In this document: positions 31,001 through 38,133 of the stretch, in pieces
How positions within the stretch are numbered: the first letter of the stretch is position 1
How the letters are laid out: each line of letters opens with the position of its first letter
Source of the DNA: Planctomycetota bacterium
Lineage (GTDB): Bacteria > Planctomycetota > B15-G4
Length of the DNA stretch: 64,000 nucleotides
NCBI GenBank assembly: GCA_965248575.1
Contig: CBDFJQ010000002.1
Location: forward strand, 4,448,001 to 4,512,000
Direction: 5' to 3'
Notes under the pieces: model-generated
The model's database searches: none
The model's input: only the letters and a program-made list of their open reading frames with translations
Told to the model about the DNA's origin: nothing
Made by a program: the position numbers and the translations under genes

Positions 31001-31816
31001 AGCAACCTCGACATGCTGGGATTCAAGGCCAACTCAGACACGGTGCAGGTGCGCCTGGGTTTGGGAAATGGCGACTTCGGCCCAGCCATGAGTGTCTACT
31101 CGGGCAGCTTCCTCACGGGCATCGCGCTGGGCACATTGGACGCAGGCAACACCGTCGACCTGTTGGTGACGAACCGCCTCACCTCCGACTTCACGGTTCT
31201 GCTCGGAAACGGCGATGGCACTTTCGTGCAGCAAACGAACGAGATGGTGAGCGTGAGCCCCGGGCTGGTGCAACTCGGCGATCTCGACGGCAACGGAAGT
31301 CTCGATGCCGTGATGCTCGAACTGCTGGGCGGCGGCGTCGAGATCTCCATCAACGACGGTTCGGCGGACTTCAGCCCCGCCGCCGTGCCGTTCATCGCAT
31401 TCCCCAAGGTGGCCAGAGGCCTGCAGCTGGCCGACCTGGACGGCAATGGTGAGCTCGACATCATCGCCACTTCCGACAACGACAACGCTCTGTATGTCTT
31501 GCTTGGGAATGGCGACGGCAGCTTCGGAGCGCTCACAAGCTTCGATCAGACCGTTGCGGGCGTCGATCCCACCAGCCCGGTCAGCGCCGACTTCAACGGG
31601 GACGGTGCCGTCGACGTCGCTCTCCTGAACGCGCAGTTCAACCAGGTCGCCGTGCTGCTCGGGGACGGCGCCGGTGGATTCCTGGAACGCCAGATCTTCG
31701 ATGCCGGGCCGAAGGCCCGCGACCTGCTCGTGGGGCAACTCGATGCCGACGGTCTACCCGACCTGATCGTCATCAACGAGGTCAACACACTCTCCTGGGT
31801 CCTCCTGCACCAGTAG
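25052..31816 (+). CDS. giant secreted protein/adhesin with Ig-like domains, DxDxDG calcium-binding repeats and FG-GAP/VCBS propellers (~2254 aa)
   Basis: Signal peptide ending AQA-Q; Lys-rich N-domain; Ig-like GDNQ.G repeats; DTDGDGLPD/DSDGDGLDDG repeats; more than 10 D(L/F)(N/D)GDG..D...LLGNGDGTF repeats up to the C-terminus. Confidence 0.9.
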   Translation: MASRFIHQFMHRFMDWPLITLLAAVFVCFSGSAQAQAFDAGLLPKDIFFGDIEDGSDVDVLIFEALRDTKLTISLAAKKPGALLASLKLVNLSDASVVAQVDAIKSKLKLVVLAPETGPYRLEISSSDGSIGPYQAGYKEKLSKTVSKIKVDEDVAGGADFDTDFDALQGFQLSGKLQRFPKKSGALPGAPDLLRPNAGGAFSLDANTLKVNKKGDRYTLKKAVLDASGTWTLRSVNGGTQGGLRSRLSLKRIKQKKRKILETASPDSLPAPSLDSLLAMTAASNLPVSGSDVMPFGKVQVEGGAMTVVVSANADGEFAASVPLKPNAVQSLFVSQLLSGEQGLAATHEVVQDSSPPTLIIDFPVDGAVLGSASTNVSGRVGDLLSGFVGLSVTVNGSDAAVSIGVGTNGSFDLAGVPLDSSGATTLEAIASDVLGNTTSTSINVLFKESTGASLDIMAGDNQMGSVQSSLATALTVRLSNAADAPLLGRPVSFRVVKSDGMLSTGTDSAAQLITSLSDAQGLASVQWQLGSDAGMGNNRVEVTASGVPGALYFNASAAGSTAKQLAIGTGNDQMAQAGSTLSQALSVWVTDGLNGVAGVSVSFDVDSGEGGLLAVGSAGTPVAQLNALTDLSGHAAVRWVLGETVGLNEVSADFSGNQGDSAKFRAQGLVQEFMATRFNGLVLDNSKRALGGALCEMTFNDGTTVSTSTGVDGRFEFDQLPLAGQAQLAVHGDTATTLGGDAINSAILGFPELHFSTFIVAGAPNALPRPVLLPPLDPTAALIFDGSEDLELMLPEVEGLRFFLAAETEVRHPDGSLVSAGNPIALSLSPVHVDDIPMPFADGANPPFAWTLQPGGTTFDPPLSLEMPNLAGLPAGAVAYFISFNHATMRFEIVSNATVSADATKITSDPGQGITVSGWGGICPPYPNQATFCPSDDINCLLPPELMVLTNDSDDEETDEIEPAKGSAQSAMQSATGAPGSESFNFFTAFVDDSTQSCAGSAQQCAIDLEAVLASGYSASAVGAWSLEAEAITYKMLMSMLHGSYTDLRSLQADAHALGIAISWPIALADTALNDFQASITAFDPAAFEAARQQVENDYNALVLLLAQLASGNEGASLQDLTDLFAVAAANAATLNDLIAGFDELALHVDGLDDLLLMKGATVRSGFNAGQVDSMGGYVVPNIPVTGGPQRVEVVLQAGDITLYGRSVFVATVAQQGTNSGPIVLSATPLAELVSMEAELMGGLNVIDTLEVPVAVSVMADFSDGSSSSLVGFDDGLSYSSSNATLLSVDVDGMATAHQAGLVLLSVNREGSVSSFLVNITPGTSVTTVSGMVVDNSMTPVVGADVTTNEGGMGTSIANGLFDLVDELASSATLDVSAEMGMLFGFTLDVPVVSEGTTQAGFVVIDLDTDGDGLPDWYETNLYATDPALADSDGDGLDDGVEVLQLGTDPTLADSDSDSFDDGTENALGSDPNVFDAPTTVVGSLMLEGGGVPANGLAHILGVSTDLFEAPADGGGDFSFAPFPASLTPVVVLGSAPGGFAGSSAQTATVPNGTTDVGDVLLDISLDPLYLGRRFDIGQGAIAMDQGDMDGDGRPDLAICLQLESGVEILLGQANGSFVTAGIVTPVAAPQGLALDDFDGDDVLDLAVSDNTGAVHIFLGNGDGSFTFDAFYNVVGASLDVLSFDCNGDLLADLHMMTNGGNVTTLLGNGDGTFGAANAVLVENSPRSMKAGLINGDAFMDIAVTNVGGKSLSVLLGDGAGSFVPLTPHDFPGSPGEVALGLFDNDAVLDAAVGSANTGSTRILIGNGDGTFNEIAGLDAGFRAQDLLSLDLDKNGTDDLVQATPDGKDVRVMLGNGDGTFAAFQDYGVGVGPGHMVVADLNGDGELDAAVANTTSKDVSVLLGVGDGSFRVAPRHDTGSDSVSAALGDVDGDTELDLLVANRSFGSAKVLLGDGLGDFGASLTVSLPSTNDFVALAFFDGDSNLDMLGFKANSDTVQVRLGLGNGDFGPAMSVYSGSFLTGIALGTLDAGNTVDLLVTNRLTSDFTVLLGNGDGTFVQQTNEMVSVSPGLVQLGDLDGNGSLDAVMLELLGGGVEISINDGSADFSPAAVPFIAFPKVARGLQLADLDGNGELDIIATSDNDNALYVLLGNGDGSFGALTSFDQTVAGVDPTSPVSADFNGDGAVDVALLNAQFNQVAVLLGDGAGGFLERQIFDAGPKARDLLVGQLDADGLPDLIVINEVNTLSWVLLHQ

Positions 31817-31937
31817 GCATGCAGCGGCAGTCATGCACTGGGCGTCATTCGGGGTCGTGAAATTGCGCAGGCCGGGTGACGCTGAAACCCTGAAAGGGAC
31901 TCCCCCAGACTCACAGACAGCTCACGACTCCCTAGCC

Positions 31938-31964
31938 TTGACCGATCGGTGTAAGTGATAGGCT
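31938..31964 (+). promoter_or_regulatory. candidate TetR operator overlapping promoter
   Basis: Perfect palindrome ACCGATCGGT (31941-31950) overlapping TTGACC; TAGGCT ends 7 nt before ATG 31972, so the mRNA may be leaderless. Confidence 0.55.
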
Positions 31965-31971
31965 CCGGGTC

Positions 31972-32562
31972 ATGACTCCCGGACCCTCCAAGCGATTCGA
32001 TCCCGAGCTTGCCCTGGAACAGGCCCGTGACGTGTTCTGGCGTCTGGGCTACGACGGCACCTCCTTGAACGAGCTCGAGTCGGCACTGGGGATCGGCCGC
32101 AAGAGTCTCTACGACACGTTCGGGAGCAAACGGGAGCTGTACCTGCGTTCGCTCGAGCACTACACGGACACCGTGATCCAGAGGATCTGCGGCGGGCTGG
32201 ACGACCCGCGGAACGCACCCCTGCAGAATCTGGAGCGGGTGCTCGGGCGGCTGCAACAACACCATGGCTCGCCCGACAGTCTCGGCTGCCTGCTGGGTGT
32301 CGCCATGGCGCAGACCGACTCAGACGACCCGGAACTGACCGCACTCCTGCGCGGCTACCTGCGCCGACTCGAACGGGCTTTCCAGCGCACCGTCGAGGCT
32401 GCCCAGAGTGAGGGCACGGTCGATGCCAGTGCTTCAGCGCGTGACGTGGCCCGCCAACTCGTCGCGCTGACGCAAGGCATGGCCCTGCTCGGTCGCGTCT
32501 CCGACACGCGGACCCAGCAGCGCTCCATCGTACGAGCCGCCTTGCACGGCTTGAGGCCCTGA
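31972..32562 (+). CDS. TetR/AcrR-family transcriptional regulator
   Basis: FDPE.AL..A..VFW..GYDGTSL.EL...LGI...SLY.TFGSK..L helix-turn-helix; GCLL motif. Confidence 0.93.
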   Translation: MTPGPSKRFDPELALEQARDVFWRLGYDGTSLNELESALGIGRKSLYDTFGSKRELYLRSLEHYTDTVIQRICGGLDDPRNAPLQNLERVLGRLQQHHGSPDSLGCLLGVAMAQTDSDDPELTALLRGYLRRLERAFQRTVEAAQSEGTVDASASARDVARQLVALTQGMALLGRVSDTRTQQRSIVRAALHGLRP

Positions 32563-32626
32563 CCATCGCCGGTTCGAGCATCTTCCCTTCCCGACCCTTT
32601 CCTGCCCCTCTTGACGATTGCCCGCA

Positions 32627-34762
32627 ATGACCTTCCTCGCCACCGCCTTCGGACTGCTCGCAGCCCTGCCCTTTGCCGCTCCCGCGGTCGTCCTGGAGCC
32701 GGCGCCACCCGGCGATCACTTCCTGCCCTCCAGCGCATCGGAAGAAGGCATCTCACGGAGAGGTCTCGCCGACCTGGGGGCGCTCGTGCAGTCCTTCGTG
32801 GAGGACGGCGAGGTCGTCGGCGCCGAGTTGCTGGTCATCAAGAACGGTCGCTCGATCCTGCACGAGGCGTACGGCCTGAGCGACAAGCAGGCCGGCGTCC
32901 CCATGGAGATCGGGAGCGTGTTCTGCGTGCGCTCGATGACCAAGCCGTTGATCGGGACGTCGATCCGGATGCTGATCGAGGCTGGCCTGATCGAGCTCGA
33001 TGACCCGATCTTCGAGCACCTGCCAGAGTTCGACGTGGAGGGCATGCGCGGCATCACCGTCGGGCACCTGCTCACACACACCAGCGGACTGGGCTTCTCC
33101 ATGATCGCCGCGTCCGATCCGCGTCAATTGGAGAGCGTTCGCGCCGTGGCCGCTCTCGGTGCGGGCTCGGAGCTCCAGTTCGAACCCGGCACGGGCTTCC
33201 AGTACAGCGACCAGGGCACCGACACGCTCACCGCGCTGATCGAGGCCGTCACCGACGTGCCCGCCGAGGACTTCGTCACCGCGCGTCTGCTGGTCCCCTT
33301 GGGCATGGAGGACAGCACCTGCCTCATGACGAAGGACCATCGTCTCAGGCAGCGCGCCGTCTCCAAGTACGCCGGATCGCGTGGGGCGTGGACGCGCTTC
33401 TGGAGTCCCGACGACGAGGCGCTGTTCCCCATCTTCCTCGGTTCCCAGGGCCTGTACTCTTCGCTCGAGGACTACGCGCGCTTCCTGGATTTGTGGATGA
33501 ACCAGGGGCTCGTCGGCGACAGGCAGCTGCTCTCGCTGCGCTCCATCGACGAGGCGCTCACCCCGAGCGCTCAACCGTTCCCCGGCTCCACCGGCCTGGG
33601 CCTGACACCCGGCTACGGATCCCTGATGCAGTTGTGGATGGAGCAGGGCGTCGAGGGCGGCGACCCAGCGCTCACCGCCTTCGGCCACAGCGGCTCCGAT
33701 GGGACTTACGCCTGGGCCTTCCCCGAGCAGGACGCCATGGTGCTCTACTTCACCCAGTCGCGGGGCAACCTCACGGGGCTCCAGGTGGAGGAGGCGCTCG
33801 CGAGCTTGTTCCTCGGAGCGACCTCCCTCGCGGACATGACCGTGCCGCCGCTCGAGGAATACCTGGGGTATTACCGGGAGGATGAAGGCGACATGTATCG
33901 CTCGATCGTGCGCGACGGCGACGACCTGGCACTCGAGGTCGTAGGACGTGCGGTCGCGACGCTGAGCTACGTCGGCGACGATGGCTGGAAGATCAAGCAA
34001 GAGCCTTCGACGATCCTGGACTTCGAACGTTCGGCCTCGGGCGAGGTGACGGGCTACCGCATCGGCGAGCATCGGGAGTTCCGCTTCGAGCCCGCGGACA
34101 CGCTGCCGACGGCCGAGGACATCTTGGTGATGGTCGGTCAGGCACACCGTCTGGACCTGGTGGAGTCCCTCGGGCCGGTCGGCTTCCGCAGCGAGCTGAA
34201 CATCGAATCCGTCGGCGTCGAGGGAGAGATCTCCAGCTGGATCGACTGGCCGAACCGCTCTCGCGTCGATGCGTCGGCGGCCGGCAACGTCGAGCGCATG
34301 TCCTTCGACGGAGAGGTCGTACGCTACGAGTCCACGATGCAGGCGCTCTCGACCCCGGAGGGCCCGCTCGCCGATTCGATCCGCCTGGACAACTCGTTCG
34401 CCCGCTTCGGGAACCTGCTCGAGTGGTATCCGGAGCTGCGAGCGATCCAGCAGCTCGAGGACACGGGCCGCAAGATCCTCCTGGTCCGGACAGGGGGCAC
34501 GTCCGCGGCGGCGTCGACGTTCTTCATCGAGGCCGAGACGGGTCAGGTGCGGCGTATCGCTGCGTTCCCATTCATGGCGGGGCTCGGGCGCGTGGGGGTG
34601 AGCACGTCCTTCGGTGATTTCCGCGACGTCTCGGGGATGCTGCTGCCGTTCCGCACCGAGAGCGCGGTGGCCAACCCGTTCATCGGGACCATCGCGATCA
34701 CCGTCACCGGGATCGAGGTCGGCGTCGAACTCCCCGCGGGTGGCTTCGAGTTGAACGACTGA
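32627..34762 (+). CDS. exported serine hydrolase (beta-lactamase/class C-like) with additional C-terminal domains (711 aa)
   Basis: SMTK (SxxK); LLTHTSG; FEPG..FQYSD; FGHSG; C-terminal extension ending D(F)RDVSG.LLPF. Confidence 0.88.
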   Translation: MTFLATAFGLLAALPFAAPAVVLEPAPPGDHFLPSSASEEGISRRGLADLGALVQSFVEDGEVVGAELLVIKNGRSILHEAYGLSDKQAGVPMEIGSVFCVRSMTKPLIGTSIRMLIEAGLIELDDPIFEHLPEFDVEGMRGITVGHLLTHTSGLGFSMIAASDPRQLESVRAVAALGAGSELQFEPGTGFQYSDQGTDTLTALIEAVTDVPAEDFVTARLLVPLGMEDSTCLMTKDHRLRQRAVSKYAGSRGAWTRFWSPDDEALFPIFLGSQGLYSSLEDYARFLDLWMNQGLVGDRQLLSLRSIDEALTPSAQPFPGSTGLGLTPGYGSLMQLWMEQGVEGGDPALTAFGHSGSDGTYAWAFPEQDAMVLYFTQSRGNLTGLQVEEALASLFLGATSLADMTVPPLEEYLGYYREDEGDMYRSIVRDGDDLALEVVGRAVATLSYVGDDGWKIKQEPSTILDFERSASGEVTGYRIGEHREFRFEPADTLPTAEDILVMVGQAHRLDLVESLGPVGFRSELNIESVGVEGEISSWIDWPNRSRVDASAAGNVERMSFDGEVVRYESTMQALSTPEGPLADSIRLDNSFARFGNLLEWYPELRAIQQLEDTGRKILLVRTGGTSAAASTFFIEAETGQVRRIAAFPFMAGLGRVGVSTSFGDFRDVSGMLLPFRTESAVANPFIGTIAITVTGIEVGVELPAGGFELND

Positions 34763-34890
34763 GTCCGCGTAGGGAACCGGGGCAGATCATCCCGGGCTCG
34801 ATGGTCGGCGACCTGGCGAGCGTGCTGGAGATCGACGTGGACTCGTCGCGATCGGCCCCGGCCTGTCAGGGAGTGCGTCCGGGCTCGTTC

Positions 34891-36771
34891 TCAGAGCGGC
34901 GCGCTGAGGGCGGGTGCGCCGAGTTGGACCCAGTACAGGCCCGTGTAGACGAACTGGATCGTCGAGAAGGTGATCTGTTCGACGCTGAAGGGGCCGGCGC
35001 GCTTGAAGATGGGGTCGAAGGAGACGGTGAAGTTGTCGAGGCCCTGGAAGATGATGAGGTTGAGCACGGCCCCGGGCGGCGCGTTGACGGGAGGCTGAAC
35101 CACGATGTTGTTCGGCAGGGTGTGGAGCACCGTCAGCCCCAGTCTGCAGTCGATCGACAGTGAAGTGCCCTGCGCCTGCACCGTCTGCATGCCATCGACG
35201 AAGCCTCCGGAGACGGACAGCATGCCCGGGGCGCCCCGGTCGAGGACCACGTCTGCGCTTCCCGTGCCGGGGTCGGCGAACGAGATGCTCTGGTTCGTCA
35301 GCACCGTGTCTCCAAACTGGCGGTAGGTCGTCTGGGTCCCTTGCGCAAAGACGAAGCGGGTGTCTCCCGTGCCGAAGTTGAGATTGAAGATGTTGTTGTC
35401 GAGGTCGGCGTTGCGCAGTCCAGGCCCGCCGACAATGGCCGTGAAGGGTCCCTGGAGACCCGAGCCGAACTGGTTGTGCTCGATGATCGCGTTGTCGACG
35501 CCCTGCGGGCCGTCGAGCCGGATGAAATGATCATCGGGTTGAGGGACGCCGAACTGCAAGACACGGCTGAACTCGTTCCGTACGAGGGTCAGGTTGGCGG
35601 CGCGATCCGCGTAGACGGAATACGGGCGGTTGCCTTCAAAGGCACAGCCCTCGATCAGATTTCCGTAGGGGGTGAAGCCCGTGATGCCGGTGACGTGAAT
35701 GCCACCGTTCGAGTTCGGACCGTTCCCGTTGTACGCGAGGATCGAGTTGGTCAGCTTCATCTGCTCGGAGGCGGCGTAGATGCCGCCCTCGGCGTTGAGC
35801 TCGACGTCGAGTTGATCCATGGTCACGTTGTAGGGCAGTTCGTTGCTGACCGAATTCAGACGGATCCCGTAGCCGCCGTTTTGGGAGATGAGCGACCGCT
35901 CGATGGTCCAGGTCTTGGGCGTGGCGAAGTCATTCAGCTCGGCGAGCAGCAGGATCCCGTCACCCGCGTGATCGGACACGCGGCAGTCGGCGATCCGTCC
36001 GATCCAGATATCCCGGCCCTCGATTCCGGACGACCCGGTTCCCGTCGAGCTGGTCAACTCCAGCCCCTCCACGGTGAGGAACCACGCGAAGTCAGACGCT
36101 GGGTTCCCGGTGCGGAAAGAGAAGGACGGCTCACCGGCTGATTGGTTGTCGATCACCGTGCGTCCCGGTCCGGCGCCGCGAACGGTCAGGGCGCGGCCAT
36201 CGAAGCCACTCTCGCTGAACAGGAACTCCACCTTTGCGTCGAAGACGTAGGTGCCCGCCGGCAAGAAGAGCTCGGCGCCACACTCGGCCGCCGCGTCGAG
36301 CGCCTTTTGCACGCTCTCATCCGTGTTGCCTCCCCACCACTGGGGCACGACCCGTGAGACGCTGCCTGGAGCGAAGTGAACCTCACCGGCGCCGCCGGTG
36401 TCCGTGAACACGCGGGCTTGGGAGGCGAGGAAGGCGCCGTTCACGTCCAGCGTCTGGCCGCCGAGGTCGATCGTGCCACCACCGAAGTGGACGAGGCTGA
36501 TGTCGGCCGGGACCGTCACGTCGTCTCCGAGCGTGTCGTCCGTGTCGAGCAACAGGACTGCCGGTTGCGAGCCGATGAGGGCGATCGCCTGGTGCAGGCG
36601 TCCCATTCCGGCATCGCCGAATTCACTGAGCTGGTAGTGGTCGCTGGCGACGGGTGCCGCCAGCGCAAGCCCCCGCGTTCCGTACTGGACCGACTGGATC
36701 GCGCCGAGAGGAGCAGAGGAGAGAGCGCCAAGAACTACGGCGAGGGTGAGGGACCAACGCTGGAACTGCAT
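34891..36771 (-). CDS. secreted beta-helix protein with phage tailspike-like architecture (626 aa)
   Basis: Signal peptide MQFQRWSLTLAVVLGALSSAPLGA; VVPQWWG...D..VQKALDAA....LFLPAGTY pectate-lyase-3-like cap; PbH1 repeats; C-terminal sandwich ending TIQFVYTGLYWVQ. Confidence 0.8.
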   Translation of the reverse strand: MQFQRWSLTLAVVLGALSSAPLGAIQSVQYGTRGLALAAPVASDHYQLSEFGDAGMGRLHQAIALIGSQPAVLLLDTDDTLGDDVTVPADISLVHFGGGTIDLGGQTLDVNGAFLASQARVFTDTGGAGEVHFAPGSVSRVVPQWWGGNTDESVQKALDAAAECGAELFLPAGTYVFDAKVEFLFSESGFDGRALTVRGAGPGRTVIDNQSAGEPSFSFRTGNPASDFAWFLTVEGLELTSSTGTGSSGIEGRDIWIGRIADCRVSDHAGDGILLLAELNDFATPKTWTIERSLISQNGGYGIRLNSVSNELPYNVTMDQLDVELNAEGGIYAASEQMKLTNSILAYNGNGPNSNGGIHVTGITGFTPYGNLIEGCAFEGNRPYSVYADRAANLTLVRNEFSRVLQFGVPQPDDHFIRLDGPQGVDNAIIEHNQFGSGLQGPFTAIVGGPGLRNADLDNNIFNLNFGTGDTRFVFAQGTQTTYRQFGDTVLTNQSISFADPGTGSADVVLDRGAPGMLSVSGGFVDGMQTVQAQGTSLSIDCRLGLTVLHTLPNNIVVQPPVNAPPGAVLNLIIFQGLDNFTVSFDPIFKRAGPFSVEQITFSTIQFVYTGLYWVQLGAPALSAPL

Positions 36772-37080
36772 GGTGAGGCTCTTGGCTGGGGTCACCCAGG
36801 CTACAGCACTTCACGATTCCCGAATCGGGCGCTCCGTACTTGCCGAGAGAGATAGCGACCCTCTTGTCTGCTGAGGGTGACCAGGTCGAAGCCAGGCGGC
36901 ACGACGCGCGTGGGGAAGCGCGCGATCGTGGGGGGGGGCGTGAACCCGCGCAGGTCAGGTGTTCGCGCGGTCGAGCCCGGCACGTGAGGGGCCTTGAATC
37001 CATGAACGTGGCAGAAGCAGGGGTAGTCCCCCAGGGCAAGATCCCTGGTCCGCAACAGCGGGTTAGGATGACCAATAAAC

Positions 37081-37096
37081 GCAACCAAATGGTTGC
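37081..37096. promoter_or_regulatory. palindromic operator, candidate ArsR site
   Basis: GCAACC-AAAT-GGTTGC perfect inverted repeat ~50 bp upstream of the SRPBCC-ArsR pair. Confidence 0.7.
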
Positions 37097-37144
37097 AGTT
37101 GGAGGGATCAGCGCCTACTGTAAGCGCGACTAGGAGGTTGCGTC

Positions 37145-37606
37145 ATGAGCATTCACGAAGAGCAGGACCGGATTGAAAAGGTTGTCGATCTTGCAGCGCC
37201 GGTCGCGCGCGTTTGGCGGGCCATTACAGATCACACGGAATTTGGAGAGTGGTTTCGAGTTCGACTCGATAACCCGTTCAAAGTCGGGGCGACAACCACC
37301 GGGAATATCACCTACCCGGGCTACGAACATATGAAATGGGTGTCGGTGACCGAGCAAATGGATCACGAGCGCTTGTTTGCCTTTTCCTGGCCCCCAAGTT
37401 CTATTGACCCTGACACGGAGTACGACAAGGAAGCGAAAGTACGGGTCGAGTTTCGGCTAGAGCCCACCGAAGGGGGCACACGCCTCACCATTACCGAAAC
37501 GGGCTTTCTACAATTCCCAGAATCAAAACGGCTGGAAGTGCTGCGTTCGAACACAGAAGGATGGGACATTCAGGCCAAGAACGTTGCCGCCCATGTGGAA
37601 CGCTAG
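37145..37606 (+). CDS. SRPBCC/AHSA1-like domain protein
   Basis: AGGAGG RBS; APVARVWRAITD..EFGEWF...FAFSW.P...VEFRLE....GTRLTITETGF...N..GW. Confidence 0.92.
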   Translation: MSIHEEQDRIEKVVDLAAPVARVWRAITDHTEFGEWFRVRLDNPFKVGATTTGNITYPGYEHMKWVSVTEQMDHERLFAFSWPPSSIDPDTEYDKEAKVRVEFRLEPTEGGTRLTITETGFLQFPESKRLEVLRSNTEGWDIQAKNVAAHVER

Positions 37607-37922
37607 CGACGCCCTTGGTTCTGCCCCCGTGTTGGCAGCTCTTGGCGACATGACCCGCCTCGAGCTTGTTTCTCGCCTCAGTGACGGGAAGCAGCACTCT
37701 ATTGTGCAGCTCGCGGACGGTCTTGATCTGACGCGCCAGGGCGTCACCAAGCATCTGCATGTACTGAAACAAGCCGGCATTGTCTCATGCAAGCGTATCG
37801 GCAGGGAAAGCCGGTTTACCATCCGGCCCGATCCTATCGCGAAGGCCAGGGACTACCTGACCCGCGCTTCTGCGCAGTGGGACGAGGCGATCGAGCGATT
37901 GAGAGCATCCGTCGAGGAATGA
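37593..37922 (+). CDS. ArsR/SmtB-family HTH regulator
   Basis: LAALGD.TRL.LV..L...LTRQGVTKHL.VL..AG.V....GRE...W...I.RL; overlaps the SRPBCC stop. Confidence 0.9.
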   Translation: MWNASDALGSAPVLAALGDMTRLELVSRLSDGKQHSIVQLADGLDLTRQGVTKHLHVLKQAGIVSCKRIGRESRFTIRPDPIAKARDYLTRASAQWDEAIERLRASVEE

Positions 37923-38133
37923 TGCAGCAGACAAGAGTTAAACTTGCTGCTGCGCGTCACTCGTGCCTTGGCCGCGAGCAGAGCTCCCAGATGCGTTGTC
38001 CGCAAGGGTGTCGTAGGCCTTCTTCGTCGAGGCTCGCTTCACCAGAATCCCAACTTGGGCAAGTTGTTGCAGGCGGCGTTGAAGCGTCCGTGTGTGGGGA
38101 GCGCAGGGTCCGAGCGGCATGCCCACACCGCTT

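Noticed and set aside
29790..31790. Recurring GGCAATGGCGACGGC motifs
   Set aside because: Coding VCBS/FG-GAP repeats within the giant protein.
36800..37060. Minus-strand fragment IARFPTRVVPPGFDLVTLSRQ and a G9 run
   Set aside because: Could be a gene relic, but no family is recognisable.
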